Positions 9,120 through 19,336 of a stretch of DNA of 64,000 nucleotides are shown here, piece after piece. Made by a program: the position numbers and the translations under genes. The notes beneath the pieces were generated by a model that saw only the letters and a program-made list of their open reading frames with translations, made no database searches and was not told where the DNA came from. The DNA is from an uncultured Pseudomonadales bacterium (GTDB lineage: Bacteria > Patescibacteriota > Microgenomatia > UBA1400 > Chazhemtobacteraceae). The stretch lies in contig CAZUBK010000004.1 in the NCBI GenBank assembly GCA_964618725.1, positions 79,485 to 143,484 on the forward strand. Direction: 5' to 3'. Each line of letters starts with the position of its first letter. The stretch's first letter is position 1.

Positions 9120-9950
9120 TCAAGACACTCCTTCTCTTATCACCAACCACCAGAACTTAAATAGCTTTAGCTGTCTCTTCCATCTCCAGGGCTCATCCAC
9201 TAGTCTCCATAGCCACTCTAGCCCCATCCTACCGATCCATACCGGTGGTTGCTTAGCCATACCAGCCATATACCTCAACGCTCCCCCGACTCCCATCCCT
9301 ATCCTTATGTCTAACTTCTCTATATTCTCAAGTAACCATCTCTCCTGCTTACCATGGCCAAAGGCGACAAACAACAAATCCGGCCCAAACCTATTGATTC
9401 CCTCAATCAACTCCATCTTCTCTTGCTCACTCGCTCTTAGTATTTTTCTCGGTCCAGGATTAGCCTTTATATTCATCTCTCCCCATCGTTTTTGTATCTG
9501 CAAGGCCGCCATTGACGCCTCCTCGCCTTCACCACCAAGCAAATATACTTTTAGTCCTTTTCTCGCCGCCACAGCCAATAGGTCCTCCATCAATCCCACT
9601 CCCGTAACTCTCTCTGATATCTTCTGATCTATTTTCCCGGGTCTTAACCAATGCAATAGCCTACTTGCTAGTACGACTCCCATCCCATCTGGTATATTTA
9701 AAGTTGCACTACTCAAAACCTTCCTAAACTCCTCACTCTCAGCCGCCTCCACCAAGATCTCCGAGTTAGGCGTGAAGATCAATCTTTTCTTCATCTTTTC
9801 CTTCTTGCTCTCACCTTTCTCGTCAAGCCACCCAGTCACCAGATCTAGCACTTGTATCCCCGTTCTGCTAGAAACATCCACCCCTAGTATTTGACTGATA
9901 AATCGATTCTTTCCTTTGGTCACTTTAACTCCATCTCTGATCTTAGCCAC
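9120..9950 (-). CDS. WecB/TagA/CpsF family glycosyltransferase
   Basis: ...NIPDGMGVVLASRLL..., ...FGHGKQERWL..., GMGVGGALRYMAG. Confidence 0.8.
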   Translation of the reverse strand: MAKIRDGVKVTKGKNRFISQILGVDVSSRTGIQVLDLVTGWLDEKGESKKEKMKKRLIFTPNSEILVEAAESEEFRKVLSSATLNIPDGMGVVLASRLLHWLRPGKIDQKISERVTGVGLMEDLLAVAARKGLKVYLLGGEGEEASMAALQIQKRWGEMNIKANPGPRKILRASEQEKMELIEGINRFGPDLLFVAFGHGKQERWLLENIEKLDIRIGMGVGGALRYMAGMAKQPPVWIGRMGLEWLWRLVDEPWRWKRQLKLFKFWWLVIREGVS

Positions 9951-11207
9951 TGGTTATGGGACTAACTGGTAATCTCTATCTCTTATTTTACAACTTTCCC
10001 AAGACTTGCATACAACAAAAGTCATTAAGAAAGCCACTAAGGTTCTCCAAGAGATAGCCCTGTAATGCAGAAAGAATCCTATTACCTCTAGTCAGAAACT
10101 ATATTCCTCTTCACATACACTTGCGCCGTATCCAACTTACCAGCAAACGAATACAAAACTGACTCGGTCACTGACCATGATCCTTCTTAAACGCGTCTCA
10201 AACGAGCGTAAATCAATCATAGCCGCTCCCAACACTTACAGATCCTCCCCTCACGTTTTCAAATCGTCTTTTCTTTAATCCTGTAGCATCTGGAGCACCT
10301 ATCCGATAACTGAATCAGAGTGTACCAATTTCACATTATTTTTATTCCTCCCCAAACCAGATCTTTAGTAACTCAATTTCATCAAACTCTCCAATCGGAT
10401 ACCTGAGCACAATCTATTGGGTCTCATTTCACCAACAACTATCTAACCACTCAACCAAATCATCACCAAGACGTAACACCCTTTAATTCTCTCAAACTCC
10501 CTGGCCACAAAAGATTCAAAGTATCTACAAAAAGTATAATTTTTAAAACAACTATCTCCAGCCTAAATCATATCCCTCCAGCTTAACAACAAACTATTAC
10601 TGAGATAATCTTCTTACAACAAAGTAAATCACACCAGTACACTTTCACTTCAATAAAAATACCGCAACCCTCAGCCAGCCCCTTAAAACATAAGTTTCTC
10701 TTCGCTCCCGCTCTTCTAATCTCTCTCATTTCTAAAATTACAACTACTTACATGCACATCAACACAAACTCCCTAACAATACTAAAGCTTATATAATTTA
10801 CTAGCTCCCATCTGATCCCTATAGACTGTTGTACAGTCGATCCTGTCACTATGTGTATCATTCTCACTAACCAGTCAATCATCCAATCCGTAATGAAACC
10901 CTCGTTCCATCCTGTCACCTCGTCAATAGCCCACATTATAGACTATTTTTCTCTCACTACAAATTCCGCAAATAAAAGCTATATTTGATCTCAGTATCTC
11001 TATTGTCACTCTACACTAGTAAGTGACAAACAAACGAGAAAAAGCTGGACTAAACAAACTAAAAGCACGAACTGCAATTACCCGTCTATATCAATCCCAA
11101 CCCCCTGAACTATATCTCGAAAAACACCTCTCGTATTTCCCCAACAAATCTCCTAATCGCTTAACCAAAACTCGATTTGTAAAATATGGAATAAGTTGCC
11201 TTAACTT

Positions 11208-12218
11208 CTATTTCGTACTAACTGATCTCTTGTACATCTCTAGATTCTCTACCACTACTCCTGTACCCTTAGCAACACATAGTATTGAGTCCTCGGCTAT
11301 AAATGCCGGAACATTTGTCTTCGCTGTAAGCAATCTATCAAAGTTGTTAAGTATCGCCGTCCCACCACTCATTACCATTCCTTTATCGATAATGTCACTG
11401 CTCAATTCTGGTGGAACCTCTTCTAATACTCGTCTTACCATCTCAATGATTTTCTCTAAAGGCAGTGTAATCGCTTCAGTGACCTCCGAGGAACTGATCT
11501 CGATCAAACGGGGCAGACCCGTCACTGAGTCCCGTCCTCTGACCTCCATCTTTTCTTCTTTCTTGGTCGGGATCGCACTCCCTATCTTTATCTTTATCTT
11601 CTCCGCCGTCTGATCTCCAATGACCAAATTATTTTTCCTCCTTATATATGAGGCAATCGCCTCATCAATCCTGTTCCCCGCCATCCGGACACTTTTGCTC
11701 ACCACTACCCCGCCCAGTGAAATCACCGCCGCTTCTGCTGTCCCTCCTCCCATGTTCAAGATCATGTTTCCCGTTGCATCGGCAATCGGTATCCCCGCCC
11801 CAATCGCCGCCGCTAGTGGCTCGTCAATAAGATACGCATTTTTGGCTCCCGCGCTCAGTGATGCATCCATCACCGCTCGTCTCTCTACTTGAGTCACTCC
11901 TACCGGCACCGAGACCACCACTTCTGGCCGAAAAAATGCCCCTCGCCCCAACACCTTACTAAGAAAATAACGGATCATTGCCTCGGTTACTCGATAGTCA
12001 GCAATCACTCCGTCTCTCATCGGTCGACTTGCCTTGATGTTGCCCGGAGTCCGTCCCAACATTTCTTTTGCCTCATTTCCTACCGCCAAGACTCGTTCAT
12101 CATCCAAAGAGACAGCTACTACTGTTGGCTCATTGAGCACTATCCCCTGTCCCGCCACATAGACAAGCGAGTTAGCTGTCCCAAGATCAATTCCAATTCT
12201 TTTATTCAAATTAAACAC
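11208..12218 (-). CDS. mreB: rod shape-determining protein MreB
   Basis: [36 protein letters not shown]...; actin-like ATPase motifs are present. Confidence 0.93.
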   Translation of the reverse strand: MFNLNKRIGIDLGTANSLVYVAGQGIVLNEPTVVAVSLDDERVLAVGNEAKEMLGRTPGNIKASRPMRDGVIADYRVTEAMIRYFLSKVLGRGAFFRPEVVVSVPVGVTQVERRAVMDASLSAGAKNAYLIDEPLAAAIGAGIPIADATGNMILNMGGGTAEAAVISLGGVVVSKSVRMAGNRIDEAIASYIRRKNNLVIGDQTAEKIKIKIGSAIPTKKEEKMEVRGRDSVTGLPRLIEISSSEVTEAITLPLEKIIEMVRRVLEEVPPELSSDIIDKGMVMSGGTAILNNFDRLLTAKTNVPAFIAEDSILCVAKGTGVVVENLEMYKRSVSTK

Positions 12219-12242
12219 AGGCCAAGTCTAACATGACTTTTC

Positions 12243-13658
12243 TTGATACAATATTACTTGATGTCAATCAAACGCACCCGTCTCCTTCTTTCTATTTTAG
12301 TTGCCATTGCCTTAACCACCGGCACCGTCACCGCCATCTATTTTGCCAAAGGATATCGCCCCAACCTTAAAGGCGGCAAGATCCAAGGCACCGGCCTTCT
12401 CTCCGCCACCTCATATCCTAACTCTGCCCAAGTCTACATCGACGACAAGCTCACCACCGCTACTGATGACACCGTCAATCTTCTTCCTGGCCTCTTTCGC
12501 GTCCGCATCAGCAAAGAAGGCTTCATTTCCTGGGAGAAATCACTCAAGGTGCAAGCCGAACTTGTAGCTACTACCAACGCTCGTCTTTTCCCCGCCGTCC
12601 CCAGTCTCTCCGCGGTGACCTTCTCTGGGGCATATTCACCAGTTCCTTCCCCTGATGGCAAGAAGATTGCCTATCTGGTTAGGAATTCTCAACTTGAAAG
12701 CGATAATGGTCTTTATGTAATGGACATCAACTCCTCTCCCTTTGCCTTTAGTAAAAATCCCCTCCAAATTGCTTCAATCTTAAGACCAGTCGATCAAGAA
12801 AATCTTTCTTTCATTTTTTCCCCTGATTCAAAACAAATCCTCCTCACCTTCCTAGATCCCAAAAGGACAGTTATCATCAGAAGCTACCTGCTTGAACTCG
12901 ATAGACTAACCAACTTAAACTCAACTGCCGACACCACCATCCGTCTTCCCCTCATTTTCTCCCAGTGGGAAGGCCTCCTAACCCAAACCCATTTGCAAAA
13001 CCTTCGACGCCTTCCCCAGTTCATGGAGAATATCGCTTCTTCCTCTGCTGTCAACGTTTTTTTCTCCCCTGATGGGGAAAAAATGCTCTATACCACCACA
13101 ACCGAAGTCGAAATCCCAGTTCGACTAAAAGCTCCCCTGACTTCCATCAACTCCACCCCAGAAGACCGTTCCCTAAAACCCAATCACACCTATGTCTACG
13201 ATATCAAAGAAGATACCAACTATCTCATTTCTTCGCTGAACTCCCAGATTGAAGACCTTGCAAGGAACTCTATTAACTCTGTTTCCTTACTTTCTCCCCT
13301 ATTACCACAACCAACTAAAGACGTTAGCACGCCCGCTGCCAGCAGTATCAGCCCGCTTTTCGATCGTCTCCAAAAAGACCATACCCCACTGGAGACTCTC
13401 CGTCTCTTTGCTCTCTACAGTAACCCCCTCCTAAGTAATAATCCCACTTGGTACCCTACTTCACAGCATCTTATTACCCTCAAAGACAACCAAGTCAGCA
13501 TTTTTGAATATGACAATACCAACTACGCCACGGTTTATTCCGGCCCCTTCGATCCATCCTTCATCGTTCCTTCCCCAAACGGCAACCGCCTTCTTCTTCG
13601 TACCAATCTCAATGCCTCCGATGCCCCCGCCAACCTATACAGTCTCGACTTGAAGTAA
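12243..13658 (+). CDS. membrane-anchored PEGA-domain / TolB-like beta-propeller repeat protein
   Basis: N-terminal TM helix, a PEGA-like segment SAQVYIDDKLTTATDDTVNLLPGLFRVRISKEGF, and repeated SPDG/SPNG propeller-like motifs. Confidence 0.55.
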   Translation: MIQYYLMSIKRTRLLLSILVAIALTTGTVTAIYFAKGYRPNLKGGKIQGTGLLSATSYPNSAQVYIDDKLTTATDDTVNLLPGLFRVRISKEGFISWEKSLKVQAELVATTNARLFPAVPSLSAVTFSGAYSPVPSPDGKKIAYLVRNSQLESDNGLYVMDINSSPFAFSKNPLQIASILRPVDQENLSFIFSPDSKQILLTFLDPKRTVIIRSYLLELDRLTNLNSTADTTIRLPLIFSQWEGLLTQTHLQNLRRLPQFMENIASSSAVNVFFSPDGEKMLYTTTTEVEIPVRLKAPLTSINSTPEDRSLKPNHTYVYDIKEDTNYLISSLNSQIEDLARNSINSVSLLSPLLPQPTKDVSTPAASSISPLFDRLQKDHTPLETLRLFALYSNPLLSNNPTWYPTSQHLITLKDNQVSIFEYDNTNYATVYSGPFDPSFIVPSPNGNRLLLRTNLNASDAPANLYSLDLK

Positions 13659-13732
13659 TTAAAGTTAGCCGTTTTCTAAAGAAACGTGATAGAATGTGAG
13701 CCTTCTTTCGCACCTTAATTTAGGAGGCAATT

Positions 13733-14752
13733 TTGAAACTTCGTCACCCCCCAGTGAGCTTTGACAATCCAGAAAGAATCAGGCGCCTACTGGAAGAGAA
13801 AGCCCTTTTGCCCGACGGCATAAGTTATCAAGAAATCCACGAGCGTCTCCCTGATATTGCACAAGAAGAACTTCAACGTGAACTTATCGGAGCCGTCACC
13901 ACATCGCAAAAAACCAACAATGGCCTCATCTTGCGTTACAATGTTCTCAAAGACAAAGTCAGTATTCGCTTCTTCATTATCCCGCAAGGCATCCCCACCC
14001 CCAAAGAGCTGATCGCCCGTATCCAAGGACCTAAGATCATCAGAGATGAATCAACTTGCCGGATCGATTGGACTAGGACACTCCGCTACGCCATGCGCCA
14101 AACTGGAGCCGCAGGCGTCACCATCGACCAATTAGCCATCATCTATGGCCGGTGCCTAATGCTCGACAAGAACCTGCCTGATGAAGGCATTGCCCGCCAA
14201 ACTCTTGCCGGTTACCTCGTCAGCGATCGACGCCACCACCAAGGCATGCAACAAACTAAAGACAAACGCTGGCTGGCTGACTCTCTCTTCGAAGAAACCG
14301 ATCTGGATGAGCAACGAACTGAGAAGTTTCTTGGTTTGAGTACTCTTGCCCGTGTCATTTACTGGCACGGACCAACAGATCTAATCGATCTTGAGAGTCT
14401 TTGTCTCTTCCTCGAAGTCCGAAACCTCTTTCCCGGCGATACTCTTGACCGTGATCAGGTTCGCTTGGCAGTTGAAGAAGTCAAGCAATTTGTCTTCGAG
14501 AAAAGCTTTCAGCCTGAAGTTCAAACGATTCCCTTCGAAGACAACAACAGTAATTATGTCATTGGTCCAGGTCCTCAACCAACTTTTTCACCAGACAAAG
14601 TCATCGGTCCCGGCCTCAAGCCGGATACTTCAAACCCTTCTTTTACCATCCGCCTTACCCCCCCTTTTTATAAGATCCGCCTCACCCAAGTCAATGGCAC
14701 CGTTATCGAACTCCCCATCCTTGACCATATCGATATCGACGTCTTCTCCTAA
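13733..14752 (+). CDS. hypothetical protein (339 aa)
   Basis: TTG start 7 nt after TAGGAGG; no recognisable domain. Confidence 0.5.
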   Translation: MKLRHPPVSFDNPERIRRLLEEKALLPDGISYQEIHERLPDIAQEELQRELIGAVTTSQKTNNGLILRYNVLKDKVSIRFFIIPQGIPTPKELIARIQGPKIIRDESTCRIDWTRTLRYAMRQTGAAGVTIDQLAIIYGRCLMLDKNLPDEGIARQTLAGYLVSDRRHHQGMQQTKDKRWLADSLFEETDLDEQRTEKFLGLSTLARVIYWHGPTDLIDLESLCLFLEVRNLFPGDTLDRDQVRLAVEEVKQFVFEKSFQPEVQTIPFEDNNSNYVIGPGPQPTFSPDKVIGPGLKPDTSNPSFTIRLTPPFYKIRLTQVNGTVIELPILDHIDIDVFS

Positions 14753-14812
14753 GACAGTACAAGTTTCGCACTAAGATAAATCCAACCGATCCCACCCAGG
14801 GTCGGTTTCTTG

Positions 14813-15286
14813 TTACTCTCCGTCCGCCTGATCTTCCAAGATCTGCTCTATTCTATCTCTATCTACATCTTTAAGCATCTCGGCTAATGTCCCGTCTCCA
14901 CTCAGATCAATCTTTTGCTTCTTTGCCATCAAACTCAGTATTTCCAATGCCTTAGTTATCTCCTTCTCGGTAATCACATCCATTTGTAAATCCACTTCTT
15001 CCCGCAAATCAGCGATCTTTGCCGCCCGGTTTTGCGAAATCAAGACAAAGATAGCTAGAATAATCGCCTCTATCGAAACTACCGTCGTCAACATCACAAA
15101 CGGGTACGGATCAAAAGGCACATTCCCAAGTATACCCGAATTCATCGTCAACCAACCCAAGAACCAGACCACATTAATCGACAAAAACAGGAACGTCCCT
15201 GAGGCTGTCACCACTCTATCCGCCATCCTCTCGGTCACACTTCTCCTCGCATCTGCCTTTGCCTTAAGACTGCGTATCTTGAACAT
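14813..15286 (-). CDS. DUF1003 family membrane protein
   Basis: FDPYPFVMLTTVVSIEAIILAIFVLISQNR...DLREEVDLQ matches the DUF1003 signature. Confidence 0.65.
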   Translation of the reverse strand: MFKIRSLKAKADARRSVTERMADRVVTASGTFLFLSINVVWFLGWLTMNSGILGNVPFDPYPFVMLTTVVSIEAIILAIFVLISQNRAAKIADLREEVDLQMDVITEKEITKALEILSLMAKKQKIDLSGDGTLAEMLKDVDRDRIEQILEDQADGE

Positions 15287-15320
15287 AAGACCAATATACT
15301 ACATATTCCATTACTCCTTT

Positions 15321-15392
15321 GTCGGGGTGCTGAGAATTGAACTCAATCTACACGCACCCGAAGCGTGCGTACTACCGTCATACTCCACCCCG
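15321..15392 (-). tRNA. tRNA-Pro (anticodon CGG)
   Basis: Minus strand CGGGGTG...TTCGGGT anticodon loop...TTGAG-TTCAATT-CTCAG T-arm...CACCCCG-A. Cloverleaf folded by hand; C1-G72 and A73 are typical of tRNA-Pro. No CCA is encoded. Confidence 0.7.
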
Positions 15393-15449
15393 AGAAACTC
15401 ATTTTATAACAAACAATAGTGAACCCACCAGGCTCACTATTGCTTAGGC

Positions 15450-15524
15450 TATAACAGGAAGCACAGTAAAACAAGCAAAATAGTCATAAACTATGCTTAG
15501 TGAAGCGAGCAAGCTCTTACCCTG
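15450..15524 (+). repeat. copy B of the ~90-nt structured repeat family
   Basis: TATAACAGGAAGCACAG...GAAGCGAGCAAGCTCTTACCCTG; the closing stem is only CAGG/CCTG. Confidence 0.4.
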
Positions 15525-15535
15525 CCCCTTTCCCC

Positions 15536-15564
15536 TTGACAAATTGGTCCACCTATAGTATACT
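15536..15564 (+). promoter_or_regulatory. consensus sigma70 promoter (TTGACA - 17 nt - TATACT)
   Basis: Exact -35 and near-consensus -10 with 17-nt spacing. No CDS lies downstream before the terminator at 15743. Confidence 0.6.
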
Positions 15565-15570
15565 GACCGC

Positions 15571-15770
15571 CTTCTTAACAAAAAGGATGTTTCAACACGC
15601 TGGGCGCTCGCCCAGGTAAAATCCCAAGGAGACGCCGCGTGAAGACGAAACGACCTCTCTAGGGCACGGGACTGCGTGAGTCCTAAACAGAGTACGCAAC
15701 GCGTCTCTGCACGGCCATACCCCGTGCCCAAAATAACAAATACCCCCAGCTAAAGCCGGGGGTTATTTTT
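15571..15770 (+). ncRNA. candidate ~200-nt structured small RNA of unknown family
   Basis: Bounded by the consensus promoter and an intrinsic terminator. It contains a perfect 9-bp long-range stem, GGGCACGGG at 15662-15670 pairing CCCGTGCCC at 15721-15729, and a CTGGGC-GCTC-GCCCAG hairpin. No convincing ORF. Confidence 0.4.
15743..15770. terminator. intrinsic terminator (CCCCCAGC-TAAA-GCCGGGGG plus TTATTTTT), usable on both strands
   Basis: Hairpin plus T-run on the + strand. The reverse complement is followed by TATTTGTTATTTT and sits downstream of ndk on the minus strand. Confidence 0.65.
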
Positions 15771-15796
15771 GATGGTAAAATATCTCTGTCTACTCC

Positions 15797-15870
15797 GCTC
15801 TTGTAGCTCAACTGGATAGAGCAGGCCCGTCCTAAGGGCAAGGTTGGAGGTTCAAGTCCCCCCAAGAGCA
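15797..15870 (+). tRNA. tRNA-Arg (anticodon CCU)
   Basis: GCTCTTG-TA-GCTC-AACTGGATA-GAGC...loop GTCCTAA...T-arm GGAGG-TTCAAGT-CCCCC...CAAGAGC-A. There is one A·C mismatch in the T-stem. Confidence 0.7.
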
Positions 15871-15875
15871 CCTTT

Positions 15876-16352
15876 CTACCTCAAATCCTCATCTGGGTAA
15901 ACCAGCACCTCACTCGCCGACTTGTACTCATGGATCTCCTTGCTCGAAAATACCAGCGCCAATTCCCGCTCGGCTGCCTCTAATGAGTCTGATGCATGAA
16001 TCAAGTTGTAAACCTGACTCATCCCAAAGTCTCCTCTAATCGATCCTGCCTCTGCCTCACGCGCCTTAGTGATCCCAACAATCTTTCTCACTGCTGCTAC
16101 CGCTTCAAGTCCTTCCCATACCATGGCTACCACCGGTGTCCAACCAATATACGCCTTTAAATTTGGGAAGAAACTTTTATCTTTGTGCTCCACATACCAT
16201 TGATCCAGGGTTTCGTCAGAAAGTGCCACCATCTTAAGGCCAATCAATTTCAGCCCCTTACGCTCAAATCTACTCATTATCTCACCCACCAATCCTCGCT
16301 GTAGTCCATCAGGTTTGACCAACACAACAGTTCTTTCCATCATATTACCCAT
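15876..16352 (-). CDS. ndk: nucleoside diphosphate kinase
   Basis: ...ERTVVLVKPDGLQRGLVGEIMSRFERKGLKLIGLKM...NLIHASDS... Start chosen at MGNMMERT, which has an AAGGTGG SD; the ORF track extends further upstream. Confidence 0.9.
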   Translation of the reverse strand: MGNMMERTVVLVKPDGLQRGLVGEIMSRFERKGLKLIGLKMVALSDETLDQWYVEHKDKSFFPNLKAYIGWTPVVAMVWEGLEAVAAVRKIVGITKAREAEAGSIRGDFGMSQVYNLIHASDSLEAAERELALVFSSKEIHEYKSASEVLVYPDEDLR

Positions 16353-16496
16353 TTTACCCCACCTTGATCTCAAAAACCATTCTCCCCAACATGTCTCATT
16401 CGACCCTTGACAAGGAGTAACAAAATAAAATAAAATATAAGATTGTAAGTTCTTTTATATCTTAACTTAGTGCACGAGCACAAAGGAGTTTCTCTC

Positions 16497-16685
16497 ATGA
16501 TGTTCATTCCCTTGTTCGTCATTGGCGTGATGGTGTTGGCACTGGTCATCATCGTCATGACCGCGCCCTTATGGGCCCGTTCAGGTTCTGCTTTGTGGAA
16601 ACTGCTCGGTAACCAGATGAAGGAAGCGGGCGAAACCATTGACGAATCGCTCGCACCCACCAATAGCTCTGAGGAGAAAAATTAA
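16497..16685 (+). CDS. small membrane protein, possible partner of the downstream SPFH protein
   Basis: AAGGAG SD before the ATG at 16497. One TM helix. Its stop abuts the next gene's ATG. Confidence 0.45.
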   Translation: MMFIPLFVIGVMVLALVIIVMTAPLWARSGSALWKLLGNQMKEAGETIDESLAPTNSSEEKN

Positions 16686-17660
16686 ATGCGCGGTAGCTCA
16701 GTTGCTTTAATCTTTCTGGTTGTTATCGTTGCCTTGGCCGGCTGCGCCGGTCTTCTTTCCGTTCGACGAGTTGACCCCGGCAATGCTGGCGTAATTATCC
16801 ACTACCGAACTGATGGACAAACCGTAGTAGAACCTGTTCCAACCGGTACCATTAAGTTTATCAATATCATTAATCAGCGCTTCGTCGAATACCCCATCTC
16901 CCAGCAGACTCTCACCATGGTTCAGTCAACTGAAGAAGGTGACGTAAAGGGTGATGATTCAGTCAAATGTCAGGATCATAATGGCGTTTTACTGAACATC
17001 GACTCCTCCGTTCTCTGGAAGGTTGATCCCATTCACGTTGGCGATTTATACCTTCTTCGTCCAGGCATGCCTCTGGTAAACAATCCAGGCGCGGACATTA
17101 GCAGTATCATTGTTCGACGCGAGGTGCGCACAGCTATTACGTTAGCGTGTAGCAAATATCGCTATGACGAGATGCTCGGAGATAACCGTTCATCGCTCAA
17201 CAACGACGTTGAACAACTTCTTGCTCCCGAGTTAGCCAAAATGTATATCATTTTGGACTCTGTTCAGATTGCTGAAATCCATCTACCCCAAGAACAACAA
17301 GACGCGATTACCCGTGTCAGCATTGCTCAACAGGCAGCGCGTGAGGCATCGTTCGCCGCCGAAAAGGCCCGCAACGAGGCCGATGCCGCCATTGCCACCG
17401 CTGAAGGACAACGTCAGGTCGCCATTCTTGCCGCCGAAGGTGAAGCGGAATCTATCCGTATCATCAACGAACAATTGGCTCAGTCACCGGACTACATCAA
17501 GTATCTTTATGCCTTAAACTGGGACGGCAAACTACCGACCACCCTCGTCATCACCGACAGTAACGGCAACCCCCTCCTCACTCTGCCTCTGGGCAGCACC
17601 GGAGTTGGAACGACTCCCACCCCTGTCCCTAACGGCGACGATAACGGTGGCGGTCACTAA
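16686..17660 (+). CDS. SPFH/band-7 (prohibitin/HflC-like) domain protein
   Basis: N-terminal TM helix, an SPFH core, and a C-terminal ...AIATAEGQRQVAILAAEGEAESIRIINEQLAQSPDYIKYL... Confidence 0.8.
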   Translation: MRGSSVALIFLVVIVALAGCAGLLSVRRVDPGNAGVIIHYRTDGQTVVEPVPTGTIKFINIINQRFVEYPISQQTLTMVQSTEEGDVKGDDSVKCQDHNGVLLNIDSSVLWKVDPIHVGDLYLLRPGMPLVNNPGADISSIIVRREVRTAITLACSKYRYDEMLGDNRSSLNNDVEQLLAPELAKMYIILDSVQIAEIHLPQEQQDAITRVSIAQQAAREASFAAEKARNEADAAIATAEGQRQVAILAAEGEAESIRIINEQLAQSPDYIKYLYALNWDGKLPTTLVITDSNGNPLLTLPLGSTGVGTTPTPVPNGDDNGGGH

Positions 17661-17671
17661 CAATTCTTCTC

Positions 17672-17700
17672 TGGCGGACCATTTTGGTCCGCCTTTTTTT
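17672..17700 (+). terminator. intrinsic terminator (GGCGGACCA-TTTT-GGTCCGCC plus T9)
   Basis: Perfect hairpin followed by a T-run. Confidence 0.75.
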
Positions 17701-17767
17701 GTATTTCAAGACTAATGAGACACGTACATCATTGACATGCAATTCATAATGACTTATCATCTTTATT

Positions 17768-18013
17768 ATGTTAACTACATATACCACCATTACACCCAAT
17801 TTCCAGCTTCATATTCCTGTCAGCATCCGTAAGACCATCGGACTCAAAAAACACGGCAAAGCCATCATTAAGGCAGATCAGGGCAACATCGTCATTCAAC
17901 CAATGAAAGAGTCCCCCGTCCTCAAACTTGCAGGAACTCTTAAAGCTTTTAAACCATTAAAAAAGATTGATCTAGATAATATCAGAGACTATATCGATTA
18001 CTCCCGTGCCTAA
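17768..18013 (+). CDS. AbrB/MazE/SpoVT-family antitoxin (VapB-like)
   Basis: ...HIPVSIRKTIGLKKHGKAIIKADQGNIVIQP... swapped-hairpin motif. It overlaps the PIN gene by 8 nt. Confidence 0.65.
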   Translation: MLTTYTTITPNFQLHIPVSIRKTIGLKKHGKAIIKADQGNIVIQPMKESPVLKLAGTLKAFKPLKKIDLDNIRDYIDYSRA

Positions 18014-18428
18014 GATTCTTATAGACACCAATGTTTGGCTAAGATACCTACTTCAGGATTCTCCCGAACAATACATCCAATGTTTACATATATTTGAACA
18101 AATCGAAATTGGCAGAATACAGCCATACATCTCCAGCATTACTCTTCTCGAAATCGTCTACACCCTCAAAACATTTTACAAGGTTCCGGCAAAAAAGATC
18201 TTTACAATTTTAAAAACCATCCATTTAACTCGTAACCTTACCATTCTCGAAAAAACTGATAGTCAACTCGCAAGCAGAATGTACATTAAGACAGGTGTCA
18301 AATATGCTGACTGTCTAATAGCTAGTCAAATCAAACCAGGCACGACTCTAGTCACATATGACCGTGACTTCCTCAAATTAATACCCAAACAAACAAGTAC
18401 TCCCAAAGATCTTTTGTCTTTAGTTTAG
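18006..18428 (+). CDS. PIN-domain toxin (VapC-like)
   Basis: MPKILIDTNVWLRYLL...ADCLIASQ...TYDRDF carries the PIN acidic residues. Confidence 0.75.
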   Translation: MPKILIDTNVWLRYLLQDSPEQYIQCLHIFEQIEIGRIQPYISSITLLEIVYTLKTFYKVPAKKIFTILKTIHLTRNLTILEKTDSQLASRMYIKTGVKYADCLIASQIKPGTTLVTYDRDFLKLIPKQTSTPKDLLSLV

Positions 18429-18451
18429 ATACTTTTGAAAAAATACACTCT

Positions 18452-19312
18452 ATGCGTCGTTACCTTCCCATCCCCGTCATTTTTTTCCTTAGTCTACTAG
18501 CCTTTTTTTCTCTTCGCTCTATTCTCCCATCTCGTACCCCGGCTCCCCTACTACCCACTCCTACGGAAATTGTCCCAACTCCTACTCCAGCTCCGCCAAC
18601 TCCCACCCCTAACCCCCCCCCCCTTACCTTTGATGAAATAAGCGCCTTCTCTGGCCCCTGCACCAGACTCCCCACCCTGATGTATCATCACATTGAACCA
18701 CTCGATCAAGCCGAGGCCGCCAACCACAAATATCTCGCTGTTGCTCCGGAGATCTTCCGAAGTCAACTCCAATATCTCACAAGCAAAGGTTATCGTTTTG
18801 CCTCGATGCAAGAACTTGTCAATTTCTTTAACTCCAATACTCCTGTTCCAGCCAAATCAATTCTCCTTACCTTTGATGACGGCTATGTCGATTTCGCTAC
18901 CTACGCCACTTCCATTCTCAACGAGTTTGGCGCTACTGCCACTCTCTTTCTCTCCACTGGCCTGACCGAGAATCCCAACTACATCTCCTGGAATCAAGCC
19001 CGTTCCTTCCCTTCTACTACTCTCATCGCCAACCACACTTGGTCTCACAAAAACATGCAAAATACGAAAGCCATCGTCGAAAAGGAAATTACCACCGCTG
19101 ATACCCAGCTAGCCGAAGCAGCCTTCAATAATCCTAAGATCTTTGCCTATCCTTATGGCTTTTCTAGTCAAACCGCCATCACCGTCCTGCAAGATTTAGG
19201 CTACCAAGCCGCCTTCACTACTAATCCCGGCTCCATTCTCTGTCGCAAACAACGCTTTCAACTCCCCCGTATCCGCATCGGCAACTCCTCTATGGCCAAC
19301 TACGGCTTCTGA
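18452..19312 (+). CDS. polysaccharide deacetylase (NodB/CE4) family protein, secreted
   Basis: Signal/TM segment, a PT-rich linker, LTFDDGYVDF, and ANHTWSHKNM. Confidence 0.8.
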   Translation: MRRYLPIPVIFFLSLLAFFSLRSILPSRTPAPLLPTPTEIVPTPTPAPPTPTPNPPPLTFDEISAFSGPCTRLPTLMYHHIEPLDQAEAANHKYLAVAPEIFRSQLQYLTSKGYRFASMQELVNFFNSNTPVPAKSILLTFDDGYVDFATYATSILNEFGATATLFLSTGLTENPNYISWNQARSFPSTTLIANHTWSHKNMQNTKAIVEKEITTADTQLAEAAFNNPKIFAYPYGFSSQTAITVLQDLGYQAAFTTNPGSILCRKQRFQLPRIRIGNSSMANYGF

Positions 19313-19336
19313 CCTAAACCTCTCTTCTTCTCTAAG

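Noticed and set aside
10748-10936. 62-aa Trp-rich ORF inside the 1.25-kb non-coding stretch
   Set aside because: It is isolated with no RBS and too short to call. It may be a fragment of a decayed gene.
11023-11613. 196-aa + strand ORF
   Set aside because: It lies entirely inside and antisense to mreB.
15444-15731. 95-aa minus-strand ORF overlapping the candidate small RNA
   Set aside because: No RBS and Arg/Ser-rich junk composition. The region is better explained by the + strand promoter, structured RNA and terminator.
15683-15871. 62-aa ORF (…GGLEPPTLPLGRACSIQLS…)
   Set aside because: It is the antisense translation of the tRNA-Arg gene. The GGLEPPT signature is the typical reverse-strand artefact of a T-arm.
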